Assembly (NCBI GenBank): GCA_964275745.1
Contig: CAXYCT010000017.1
Span: 34,171-98,170, forward strand
Origin: an uncultured Woeseiaceae bacterium
GTDB lineage: Bacteria; Pseudomonadota; Gammaproteobacteria; Steroidobacterales; Woeseiaceae
Direction: 5' to 3'
DNA length: 64,000 bases
The translations under genes were made by a program, and so were the position numbers. Shown here one piece after another: positions 40,058-48,404 of the stretch; position 1 is the stretch's first letter; every line of letters begins with the position of its first letter. The notes under the pieces are model-generated. The model saw only the letters and a list, made by a program, of their open reading frames with translations, was not told the origin of the DNA and ran no database searches.

Positions 40058-42307
40058 GTGTCTAAGTTAATTAAAGATTTAGTATTAAATCAACGTTATC
40101 AGCTGGTAAGACGTCTTGGTGAAGGCGGTATGGCGACTGTTTGGCTCGCTTTTGATAAGAAATTAGAGATCCAAGTTGCATTGAAATTTCTCCATAAAAC
40201 CTTACGAGAAAATTTAAATTATCATCGTGCTTTTAAGAGGGAATGGAAGATTGCAAGCCATCTTATTCATCCTAACATTGTTCGTGTTTATGAGTTTTAT
40301 GAGGATCCAGTACGACCATTTTACTCGATGCAATTTATAGATGGACCACCAATATCAATCCTTAGCAAAGATGATCCAAAAAATATTCTTCCCCCAATTA
40401 GTTTGATTGCTGATGCTATAGATTACGCACATTCAAGGGAGGTTATACATGGTGATATAAAACTACATAACATCCTTTTAGATAAAAAAGGGCAACCATT
40501 TTTAATAGATTTTGGTGTGGCTGCTACATTTTCAGAGCTTACATTAACAATGAATCATGAGACCCCTTCTAAAGCTCTGCATTGTAATGAAGATATAAAT
40601 TCATTGGGTAAGTTAATTTACGAAGTTATTTTTGGTATACCTTTATTAAATGATACCAATAATGTTCCTGCTTTTAGTGAGGAGTTAAATGCAGAATTAA
40701 AAGTATTATTAGAGAGAATGATAGTTATCAATTTGGATATAAGAATCTCAGCGAAGGATGTGAAAGATTATCTTGCAGAGATTGGATATTTGGGAGGCAA
40801 CGCCAATCTTAGAAAAATTGATAAGGAAGAGCTTATTCAAGTTAAACCAATTTCAGTTGATGATTTAAAACTTAATTCAAAATTATTAAATGAGGCAGAA
40901 AAAGAAACGAATGGCATCTCAAAAAGAAATTTTTATTCAAGCCTAGGGTTTATTTTAATTTTATTTATGATCGTGATTTTTGTTTTACCAAGCAGTATTA
41001 ACTCGAATAAAAATATTGAGGATGTTACTAAATATGAAACTAATATAACCAAAAATATTGTGACTGAAAGTGATAGTTTAATTAAAAAATCCAGAATAAA
41101 AACAGATGAGACGCTGAGCGAATTGGTAACTTTGATTGATTTTTTGCAAAAAAAAGGCGTCGAAAAATGGGGTGGGCAAGTATATCAAGATATTAAAAAT
41201 AACTACAAAGAAGGAGACTCTTTATACTTGAATGGCAGATATGAATTAGCTCAAAAAAAATATATTGATACTTTGAATGCCTTAAATAGTCTATCCGAAC
41301 AAATGAATGAGATTTTAATGCTAAATCTCAATGCTGGAAAGGAAGCGCTTAAAAATGATAATTTTAATGATGCCATTATGTTTTTTGATATCACAGTGTC
41401 AATATCTCCAGATAACATAGAGTATAGTGACTTCTATAAAAGAGCTTTAAATCTTGAGGAGTTAATTGATCTCACGAGTGAAGGAATAGTGTTAGAAGGT
41501 AAAATGGATTTAAATTTAGCTAGAAAGAGGTATATAGCGGCTCAAGAATTAGATCCAGAAAATGAATTAGTTCGAGAGTTATTGGAAAATATCGAATCTA
41601 AGATTACTCGAAATAAATTTGAAATAAGTATGTCGGAGGGATTCGCAGCTTTAACAAATTATGATTTTCAATCTGCGAGAGCTTTATTTGAATCTGCCAA
41701 AGAAATTGATACTAATTCTATAGAACCATTGGATGCCATGATTCAGTTAGAAGAAAAAGAAAAAGATGTCTCAATTTTATTTCTAGAGGCGGAAAGTAAA
41801 GGTCATGAAGATATCGAGCAGTGGGGTCTCGCGATAGATACATATCAAAAATTGATCGAAATTGATGGCGATTTACAATTTGCCAAAATTGGTTTAATGA
41901 GATCTAAGCGTCGCCAGCAATTCTCTGAGGAAATGCAAAAATATATTGATGACTACGATAGTTTAAGTGACTCAGTAATAATGAAACGAGCCACTAAACT
42001 TCTTTTAGAAGCAGTGAAGTTAGATGATAAACCTCGTCTAAGAGGTCAGATTGCCGAACTTAAGCGATTGTTGAAACGGGCAAATACACCAATAAAAATT
42101 ACAATCATCTCTGACAATATAACTAAAGTTAGGATCTTTAGAGTTAGTGAGCTAGAGGTATTTAATGTTAAGCAATTTTCTCTTCGTCCAGGAAATTATA
42201 TTGCAATTGGCATAAGGGATGGTTATCGAGATGTGCGTGAAGAATTTAGAGTAACACCAGAAATACCAATATCAGTAGTTACCGTTATATGTGAGGAAAA
42301 AGTTTGA
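40058..42307 (+). CDS. Hanks-type Ser/Thr protein kinase with a TM segment and a TPR-like/PEGA-like periplasmic region
   Basis: GTG start. Motifs present: G-loop LGEGGMATVW, VALKF Lys, catalytic HGDIKLHNILL (HRD with R->G), IDFGVAA, and a TM at FYSSLGFILILFMIVIFVLPS. A long helical-repeat region and a C-terminal beta-rich module follow. Confidence 0.75.
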   Translation: MSKLIKDLVLNQRYQLVRRLGEGGMATVWLAFDKKLEIQVALKFLHKTLRENLNYHRAFKREWKIASHLIHPNIVRVYEFYEDPVRPFYSMQFIDGPPISILSKDDPKNILPPISLIADAIDYAHSREVIHGDIKLHNILLDKKGQPFLIDFGVAATFSELTLTMNHETPSKALHCNEDINSLGKLIYEVIFGIPLLNDTNNVPAFSEELNAELKVLLERMIVINLDIRISAKDVKDYLAEIGYLGGNANLRKIDKEELIQVKPISVDDLKLNSKLLNEAEKETNGISKRNFYSSLGFILILFMIVIFVLPSSINSNKNIEDVTKYETNITKNIVTESDSLIKKSRIKTDETLSELVTLIDFLQKKGVEKWGGQVYQDIKNNYKEGDSLYLNGRYELAQKKYIDTLNALNSLSEQMNEILMLNLNAGKEALKNDNFNDAIMFFDITVSISPDNIEYSDFYKRALNLEELIDLTSEGIVLEGKMDLNLARKRYIAAQELDPENELVRELLENIESKITRNKFEISMSEGFAALTNYDFQSARALFESAKEIDTNSIEPLDAMIQLEEKEKDVSILFLEAESKGHEDIEQWGLAIDTYQKLIEIDGDLQFAKIGLMRSKRRQQFSEEMQKYIDDYDSLSDSVIMKRATKLLLEAVKLDDKPRLRGQIAELKRLLKRANTPIKITIISDNITKVRIFRVSELEVFNVKQFSLRPGNYIAIGIRDGYRDVREEFRVTPEIPISVVTVICEEKV

Positions 42308-44733
42308 ATATTTCTCATCTAATTATCAGAAAAGTTGGAAAAGACGATGAACAAATACTGTTAGCTGAGAGCCAATTCAGTATAGGGACTAATGAAGATT
42401 GTGATGTTTTAATTCCAGGCCCAGGAAATACCTCTTTCTTTTCTATATTTGTATTTAACAATGACTTATTTATAGAGAGAGAAGAAAAAATTATTCCAAT
42501 TAAGATAAATGAAACAAACTTAATTGATAAATTGATTCTGTGTGACCAAGATAAAATTGAATTATTTGGAATAGAAATTACTGTTGAATTTAATAATAAT
42601 GAGATTATCTTATTTTTAAATATGAAAAATAGTGATTATCTTACACAGCCTCCAGAATTTATTAACGATGATAGTAATAATTATACTGAAGAAATAGAAG
42701 CGAAAATATTTTCACGCAATACATCTAAATTAGACAATCATGAGTTCAATTTAAATAACAAATGGAAATTTGTTATATCTGCCATATTGATGGTATTAAT
42801 GTTTATTTCATATCTTATCTTTAGTTCATATTCTATAAAATTCAACATTGATCCTCCAGATATAGATTCATTATCTATAGAAGGTACCTGGTTTGAAGTT
42901 CCACTGGGAGATCGTTCTTTGTTAAGATCTGGAACTCATTCTTTACGAATTAAGAAAACAGGTTATTATGACTTGAATCAAACTTTTGTTGTGGGAGAAG
43001 TAGATGATTTGATAGTTCCAGTAATTATGAAGAAGTTACCAGGTATTGTTTCTATCTATACTAATGCAGGATTAAATGCTCAAATTTCGCTTAATGGCTC
43101 ACTAGGGGCAGAGGGCTCATTTGAAGCAAAAGCAATAGAGGCAGGACAATATATTTTAAATATTACCTCAGATCGTTTTTTGCCTTTTTCAGATAAAATA
43201 GAAATTAAAGGGATGAATATCAAACAACATATTTTTGTTGATCTGATTCCCAGATGGGCCAATATAAGTATCGATTCTATACCTTCGGATGCCGTTATTT
43301 ATAGTAAAAATATAAAAATTGGTAACACGCCGGCTAATTTAGAGTTAATGGAGGGCACCCATGATTTATTGATCATTAAACAAGGTTATCAAGCCTTTGA
43401 TGGAAGATTTTCTGTAAAGGCTAATACTAGTCAGACAATAAAATCTATAAATCTAGAACCAGCAAATGCAGAGTTGTCTATCAAGACAATTCCAGTTGGT
43501 GCGAATATTAAAGTGAATGGACGTTATAGAGGTCAATCCCCATTGATTTTATCATTAATGCCTGATGAGGATTATGTCATTGCTTTTTCAAAAAGTGGGT
43601 TTGATGTTACGGAGAGAAAAATATACTTAGATCCAGCTCAACAGCAATCAATAGAGGTTGATTTAACTGCTCGAGTAGGGAAAGTTATTATTTCGGTTAA
43701 CCCACCGGATGCAGACATATATATTGATAATAAAAAACGAGGAAAAGGCAAGTTAGAGATTGAATTACCTACAATGAGTCATGATTTACTGATAAAAAAA
43801 GAGGGTTATGCTCCTTTCATTCGTGAAATACTTCCAAGATTGGATTATTTACAAAATATAGATGTGAAATTACTTACTGAAGATGAGTTTAGATTGAGAG
43901 ATATTCAGTCTTCATTAACAAATTCACAAGGACAAGTATTAAGAAGGATTGAGGCAGGGAAGTTTGTCATGGGAGCATCCCGTCGAGAAATGGGACGACG
44001 GGCTAATGAAGTTATACGAAACGTTGAATTAACTAAGCCATTTTTTATTGGCATTAATGAGGTCACGAATAAAGAATTTTCAAGATTTCGTCGACTTAAC
44101 TCAGCTGCAGCTGATATTCATTCTTCACTCCTAGCAGATAATAATCCAGTAGTACTTGTTAGCTGGTCAGATGCTGTAGAATATTGTAATTGGCTTAGCA
44201 ACCTAGAAGGTTTGGAGCCTGCCTATGTAAAGCGTTTTGAAAAATGGGAAAGGAAAAAAACTGTTTCAAATGGGTACCGATTACCATCTGAAGCCGAATG
44301 GTCATGGTCAATTAGATATCAGACAAAGAATACTACAACTGCTTATCCATGGGGAAGCCGGCTACCTCCAAGACGTAATTATGCCAACCTTGCCGATTTT
44401 TCGGCACGAAATATACTGCCAAATATTCTGCAAAATTATGATGATGGATACGCTTCAACTTCACCGGTGGGATCATTTGGAGCAAACTCACTTGGAATTT
44501 TTGATGGAAGTGGTAATGTTTCAGAGTGGATTAGTGATTATTATTCAATTCCAACTCCTGGAATTACAGAGACTATAATCGATCCAAAAGGACCTGAGTA
44601 TGGAGTACAGCATGTTATTCGAGGTTCGAGCTGGCGTCATTCTAGTGTGACTAAGTTGAGAGGCAGTTTTAGAGATTTTGGAAGTAAAGGACAAATAGAT
44701 ATCGGTTTTAGATTAGCTAGAAATATTAATTAA
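42304..44733 (+). CDS. FHA-like domain / TM / five PEGA-like repeats / FGE(SUMF1)-fold domain protein
   Basis: TTG start overlapping the kinase stop (TTTGA) behind a GAGGA RBS. The N-terminus FSIGTNEDCDVLIPG...ELFGIEITVEF is FHA-like but degenerate, and the TM is WKFVISAILMVLMFISYLIF. The PEGA-like units include e.g. ISIDSIPSDAVIYSKNIKIGNTPANLELMEGTHDLLIIKQGY. The C-terminus carries RLPSEAEWSW, GNVSEWISDYY and RGSSWRH. Confidence 0.7.
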   Translation: MNISHLIIRKVGKDDEQILLAESQFSIGTNEDCDVLIPGPGNTSFFSIFVFNNDLFIEREEKIIPIKINETNLIDKLILCDQDKIELFGIEITVEFNNNEIILFLNMKNSDYLTQPPEFINDDSNNYTEEIEAKIFSRNTSKLDNHEFNLNNKWKFVISAILMVLMFISYLIFSSYSIKFNIDPPDIDSLSIEGTWFEVPLGDRSLLRSGTHSLRIKKTGYYDLNQTFVVGEVDDLIVPVIMKKLPGIVSIYTNAGLNAQISLNGSLGAEGSFEAKAIEAGQYILNITSDRFLPFSDKIEIKGMNIKQHIFVDLIPRWANISIDSIPSDAVIYSKNIKIGNTPANLELMEGTHDLLIIKQGYQAFDGRFSVKANTSQTIKSINLEPANAELSIKTIPVGANIKVNGRYRGQSPLILSLMPDEDYVIAFSKSGFDVTERKIYLDPAQQQSIEVDLTARVGKVIISVNPPDADIYIDNKKRGKGKLEIELPTMSHDLLIKKEGYAPFIREILPRLDYLQNIDVKLLTEDEFRLRDIQSSLTNSQGQVLRRIEAGKFVMGASRREMGRRANEVIRNVELTKPFFIGINEVTNKEFSRFRRLNSAAADIHSSLLADNNPVVLVSWSDAVEYCNWLSNLEGLEPAYVKRFEKWERKKTVSNGYRLPSEAEWSWSIRYQTKNTTTAYPWGSRLPPRRNYANLADFSARNILPNILQNYDDGYASTSPVGSFGANSLGIFDGSGNVSEWISDYYSIPTPGITETIIDPKGPEYGVQHVIRGSSWRHSSVTKLRGSFRDFGSKGQIDIGFRLARNIN

Positions 44734-44746
44734 CAAAATAAAAAAT

Positions 44747-45070
44747 GTGAAAAAAATGAAGTGCAGCATACGTATATATAAAAATATACTATTGATCTTA
44801 ATAGTATTTATATCTATTTCTTCTTCTTTTTCACAGGAAAATAACTCAGTGATTGAAACTTTAGATCCCCTCATGGAGAAAAACGAAAATCAAGATGCAG
44901 ATGCAATCCCAGTTAAAAAACTAGCGTCAAAATCGACTGATAACACTACTGATGAATCAGAAATAGTCTATGATATTGATGATCAATCATATGAAGAAGC
45001 TGATGATGATTTTATACCCTCAGAGGAGATACCAGCTGATGAGCCAATTCCATTTCCAACAAGTATCTAA
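44747..45070 (+). CDS. Small acidic secreted protein (107 aa)
   Basis: A signal peptide (ILLILIVFISISSSFSQ) followed by an Asp/Glu-rich, low-complexity sequence. The start is either GTG 44747 or ATG 44756. Confidence 0.5.
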   Translation: MKKMKCSIRIYKNILLILIVFISISSSFSQENNSVIETLDPLMEKNENQDADAIPVKKLASKSTDNTTDESEIVYDIDDQSYEEADDDFIPSEEIPADEPIPFPTSI

Positions 45071-45121
45071 AGAAAGTTTAATTTAAAATCATATTTATTT
45101 ATCAAATAAAGAGAAATATAG

Positions 45122-45928
45122 ATGAAAAAAAATAATATACCCATTGAATTTGTATACCAACTATTTGCTCTGATTATTGCAATTATTATTGTACATGGCT
45201 ATTACGTCTCAGTAGTGAGGCCAAATGCCAATCAAATAATTCTGGAGCAGAATATAGAAGCAGAGATGAATTCTGATTATATAAGAGAGAGATCCACCTG
45301 GGTCTTGGTTAAAGATTTAGAACAAGAATCATGCTTTGTATTGATGTTTTGGGCGCTCGCAATTATGGGTTTTAAAGCTAATTCTCTTCTAAGGGAGAGG
45401 AAATTACTTGATGAAAATTTAATATCTATAGTGGATGGCATGAAGATTCTTCCAGAAGATACTCGGAATTTGGAGAGACAAATTGAAGTTTTATCTGATA
45501 AACAAAAAGCAATGGTTTTACCAAGAGCTCTACTAAATGCCTTGAGAAGGTTTGGTACTTCGAAAAATATTCAAGATGTGTCTGTGAATACACACACGAT
45601 TTTTGACTCAGAAGCTGAAAGATTGGAGTCAGAGCTTTCGATGATCCGTTATATTTCCTGGGCGATTCCATCAATAGGATTTATAGGTACAGTTAGAGGT
45701 ATTGGTGATGCACTAGGTCAGGCTGATATTGCTGTTCAAGGTGATATCTCAGGAGTAACACAAAGTCTTGGAGTGGCATTTAATTCAACTTTTATTGCAC
45801 TTTTGATTAGTATTTTTTTGATGTTTTTGGTACATCAATTGCAGTTATTACAAGAAAGGCTTGTTTTTGATAGCGAAAATTATGCGAATGACCGACTGAT
45901 TCGACATATGAAAATAGACGTAAATTAA
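45122..45928 (+). CDS. MotA/TolQ/ExbB-family proton-channel protein
   Basis: The N-terminal TM helices and the C-terminal signature AIPSIGFIGTVRGIGDALG...GVAFNSTFIALLISIFLMFLV parallel ExbB/TolQ (…GLFGTVWGI…AL.TTA.GL…). Confidence 0.75.
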   Translation: MKKNNIPIEFVYQLFALIIAIIIVHGYYVSVVRPNANQIILEQNIEAEMNSDYIRERSTWVLVKDLEQESCFVLMFWALAIMGFKANSLLRERKLLDENLISIVDGMKILPEDTRNLERQIEVLSDKQKAMVLPRALLNALRRFGTSKNIQDVSVNTHTIFDSEAERLESELSMIRYISWAIPSIGFIGTVRGIGDALGQADIAVQGDISGVTQSLGVAFNSTFIALLISIFLMFLVHQLQLLQERLVFDSENYANDRLIRHMKIDVN

Positions 45929-45935
45929 AGACTAG

Positions 45936-47312
45936 GTGAAGAAATTGTCATACGCAACCTTATATGTGAATGATGCTAATATAACTCTTTTGGAAGATGG
46001 GAAGATTTTATACTGCCAACCAAGTTGTGTTTGGGTAAAAAATGATGAGATTGAGTTTGGTGCTCAGGCACTTAGTAAATCTCGCATCATGCCGCAAAAT
46101 ATAGATACTCATTATTGGTCAAATCTTTCTACGTTAAAATATACAAGTGATCATAATAAGCACATCTCTTCAGCAGATATTGTAAGTCGAGAGCTCGAGA
46201 TTATAAATTCAATTAAGTCTGATGATTTACCGTTGCTGATCGTCATACCTCCGTATTTAAATAATCAGCAGCTAAGCTTATTTCTTGGTATTGCAAATGA
46301 TTTGGATATAAAAATTTTAGGCTTTATAGAGTCATCAATAGCATCAACACGGCGCGAGTATATTGCTGCTAAGTTAGTACATATTGATCTTCACTTACAT
46401 TGCCTATCTCTATCTCTAATGAGTCAAACCGATAAATTGAGTGCTGATAAAATGTTTATTATCGATGACTGTGGACAGTCTGAATTTGACGCATCTTGGA
46501 TAAAAATGATATCTCAATCTTTTATTAAGCAATGTAGATTTGACCCGCTCTATGCTGCTGAATCTGACCAGCAGATAATTAATAATTTGTCATTCTGGGT
46601 GGCAAAATCAATATCTCAGAAAACTGTCCATCTAGAAATTGAATATGGTAATCAAGTCTATGAAAGTGATATAAATTCATCAGATTTTATTGAAGCGGTT
46701 ATGCCTCTTTATAAACATATTATCAATAAATTAAGAGCCATATTTGAGGCAGAGGATTTACCCGCTATTCAGTTAACAAATTTGATTGCCAAACTTCCTG
46801 GGTTGGCGATTTTAATGAAACAAAAGTTATCAGCTGCAGTTTATGAGAATGATGAAGGTTGTGCTGTCATTGGAGCTTCAGAAAGATTTTCAATTAAGGA
46901 GCAAGAAGATGGTCCTCTAAAAATTATTAAATCATTACCATTGGATCAATCTGCAATTTCGATTAATAAAGTTAATACTGAATCTACTAATAATGATAAA
47001 CCAAGTCACATCTTATTTGAAAATATTGCTTATCCTATAAGTTTGACGCCGATAATGATTGGATCTGATCCCACGCAGACAGATAATATTTTACCAATTT
47101 CATCAAATAAAACAGGTATCTCAAGAGATCATTGTTCGCTATTTGTTAAAAACAACAAATGCATCCTTAATGATTTGAGTCGATATGGAACTTACCTGAA
47201 TAACCAAAGAGTTGAAGGACCGTCAATAGTAAGTGTTGGGGATAAAATTAGAATTGGTTCTCCTGGTATAGAAATAACCTTAATTACAATAAGGAAGGCT
47301 ATTGGCTCGTAG
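45936..47312 (+). CDS. Degenerate Hsp70/actin-fold domain + C-terminal FHA domain protein (cytoplasmic)
   Basis: LLIVIPPYLNNQQLSLFLGIANDLDIKILGFIESSIAST mirrors DnaK's VITVPAYFND.QR...AG..V.RIINEPTAAA. The phosphate motifs are degenerate (LYVNDAN; IDLHLHC). The C-terminal FHA reads IGSDP...ISRDHCSL...NDLSRYGTYLNNQRV. GTG start. Confidence 0.6.
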   Translation: MKKLSYATLYVNDANITLLEDGKILYCQPSCVWVKNDEIEFGAQALSKSRIMPQNIDTHYWSNLSTLKYTSDHNKHISSADIVSRELEIINSIKSDDLPLLIVIPPYLNNQQLSLFLGIANDLDIKILGFIESSIASTRREYIAAKLVHIDLHLHCLSLSLMSQTDKLSADKMFIIDDCGQSEFDASWIKMISQSFIKQCRFDPLYAAESDQQIINNLSFWVAKSISQKTVHLEIEYGNQVYESDINSSDFIEAVMPLYKHIINKLRAIFEAEDLPAIQLTNLIAKLPGLAILMKQKLSAAVYENDEGCAVIGASERFSIKEQEDGPLKIIKSLPLDQSAISINKVNTESTNNDKPSHILFENIAYPISLTPIMIGSDPTQTDNILPISSNKTGISRDHCSLFVKNNKCILNDLSRYGTYLNNQRVEGPSIVSVGDKIRIGSPGIEITLITIRKAIGS

Positions 47313-48396
47313 AAGAAGACAAACTGAAGTATTTAGCTTGTCATTTCTGGATTGCATGTGTTGTGGTTTTGGCGCTGTAATTTTACTTTTTATGATTATA
47401 AATTCACAAATTAAGAATCAAGTTAATGTAGATCAAACATATCCTGAAAATAAAGCTAACCAATTAAAGTTTGATTTATTAGAAACTAAAAAACGCCTTG
47501 TTTTAGCTAAAGATACCTTTAAAGATCTTGATCAACAAAATACTGCTATTGAAAACGAAATCGATCAAATGTTATTGCTATTGAAGCAATTAAAGAGAGA
47601 ACTGGAAGAGGGAAGTCTTGATACGTTAGCCAAAAATGAAAGTATTGAAAAATTAAAATCAGATATTGAAAAATTAGATCAGGAGCGAGAGAGAATGCTC
47701 GCAGTTGCTTCTCGGGTTAAATCTGGTGGGCAAGTCAGGAGCTTCACTGGTGATGGTGATCGCCAGTATCTAACTGGCTTAAAGGTGGGTGGCGAGAGAA
47801 TTTTGTTACTCATCGATACATCAGCCAGCATGCTGGATCGAAAAATAATTAATATTCTTAGACGTAGAAATATGTCGGATGAAGTTAAACTTAGATCTGA
47901 GAAATGGCGACAAGCAGTCTCTAGTATAGATTGGCTTGCCGCCCAATTTCCAAAAGAAAGTCAGTTTCAAATTTATACTTTTAATAATATGACTAAATCT
48001 GTAGTTGCTGATAGTGCTGGTGATTGGGTTGATGTTGGAGATGGAAAAGAACTGGATGATGCTATAAAGACGTTACGCCGAACTATTCCTCAAAATGGAA
48101 CAAATCTTAAAGATGCATTCACAATCATAAATCAATTAAATCCCCGTCCAGATAACGTTATTCTTTTGATAGATAGCTTACCGACTATGAATAAAGCTGA
48201 AACTGACCGAGGTATGATTACAGGTCAAGAACGTCTTAATCTATACTATGAAGCTGAAACTGAAATACCAAGTGGTATACCAATGAATATATTGCTTTAT
48301 CCTATGGAGGGTGATTATAACGCTGCCATTGCTTATTGGTTATTAGCTTACCGAACTGGTGGCTCATTTATGAGTATCAGCAAGGACTGGCCTTAG
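47302..48396 (+). CDS. ExbD/TolR-like TM anchor + coiled coil + vWA domain protein 1
   Basis: TTG start after an AAGGAAGG RBS. The N-terminus is MARRRRQTEVFSLSFLDCMCCGFGAVILLF (basic stretch, then a TM with Asp). A heptad-rich region follows, then a vWA domain with the MIDAS motif LLIDTSASM. Confidence 0.7.
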   Translation: MARRRRQTEVFSLSFLDCMCCGFGAVILLFMIINSQIKNQVNVDQTYPENKANQLKFDLLETKKRLVLAKDTFKDLDQQNTAIENEIDQMLLLLKQLKRELEEGSLDTLAKNESIEKLKSDIEKLDQERERMLAVASRVKSGGQVRSFTGDGDRQYLTGLKVGGERILLLIDTSASMLDRKIINILRRRNMSDEVKLRSEKWRQAVSSIDWLAAQFPKESQFQIYTFNNMTKSVVADSAGDWVDVGDGKELDDAIKTLRRTIPQNGTNLKDAFTIINQLNPRPDNVILLIDSLPTMNKAETDRGMITGQERLNLYYEAETEIPSGIPMNILLYPMEGDYNAAIAYWLLAYRTGGSFMSISKDWP

Positions 48397-48404
48397 GAGA
48401 TGCA

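Noticed and set aside
48336-48404. The upstream extension of the second vWA gene (ORF-track start at 48336).
   Set aside because: It overlaps the end of the first vWA gene. ATG 48405 follows an AGGAGA RBS and gives an N-terminus parallel to the paralogue (MRKRRN... against MARRRRQ...).
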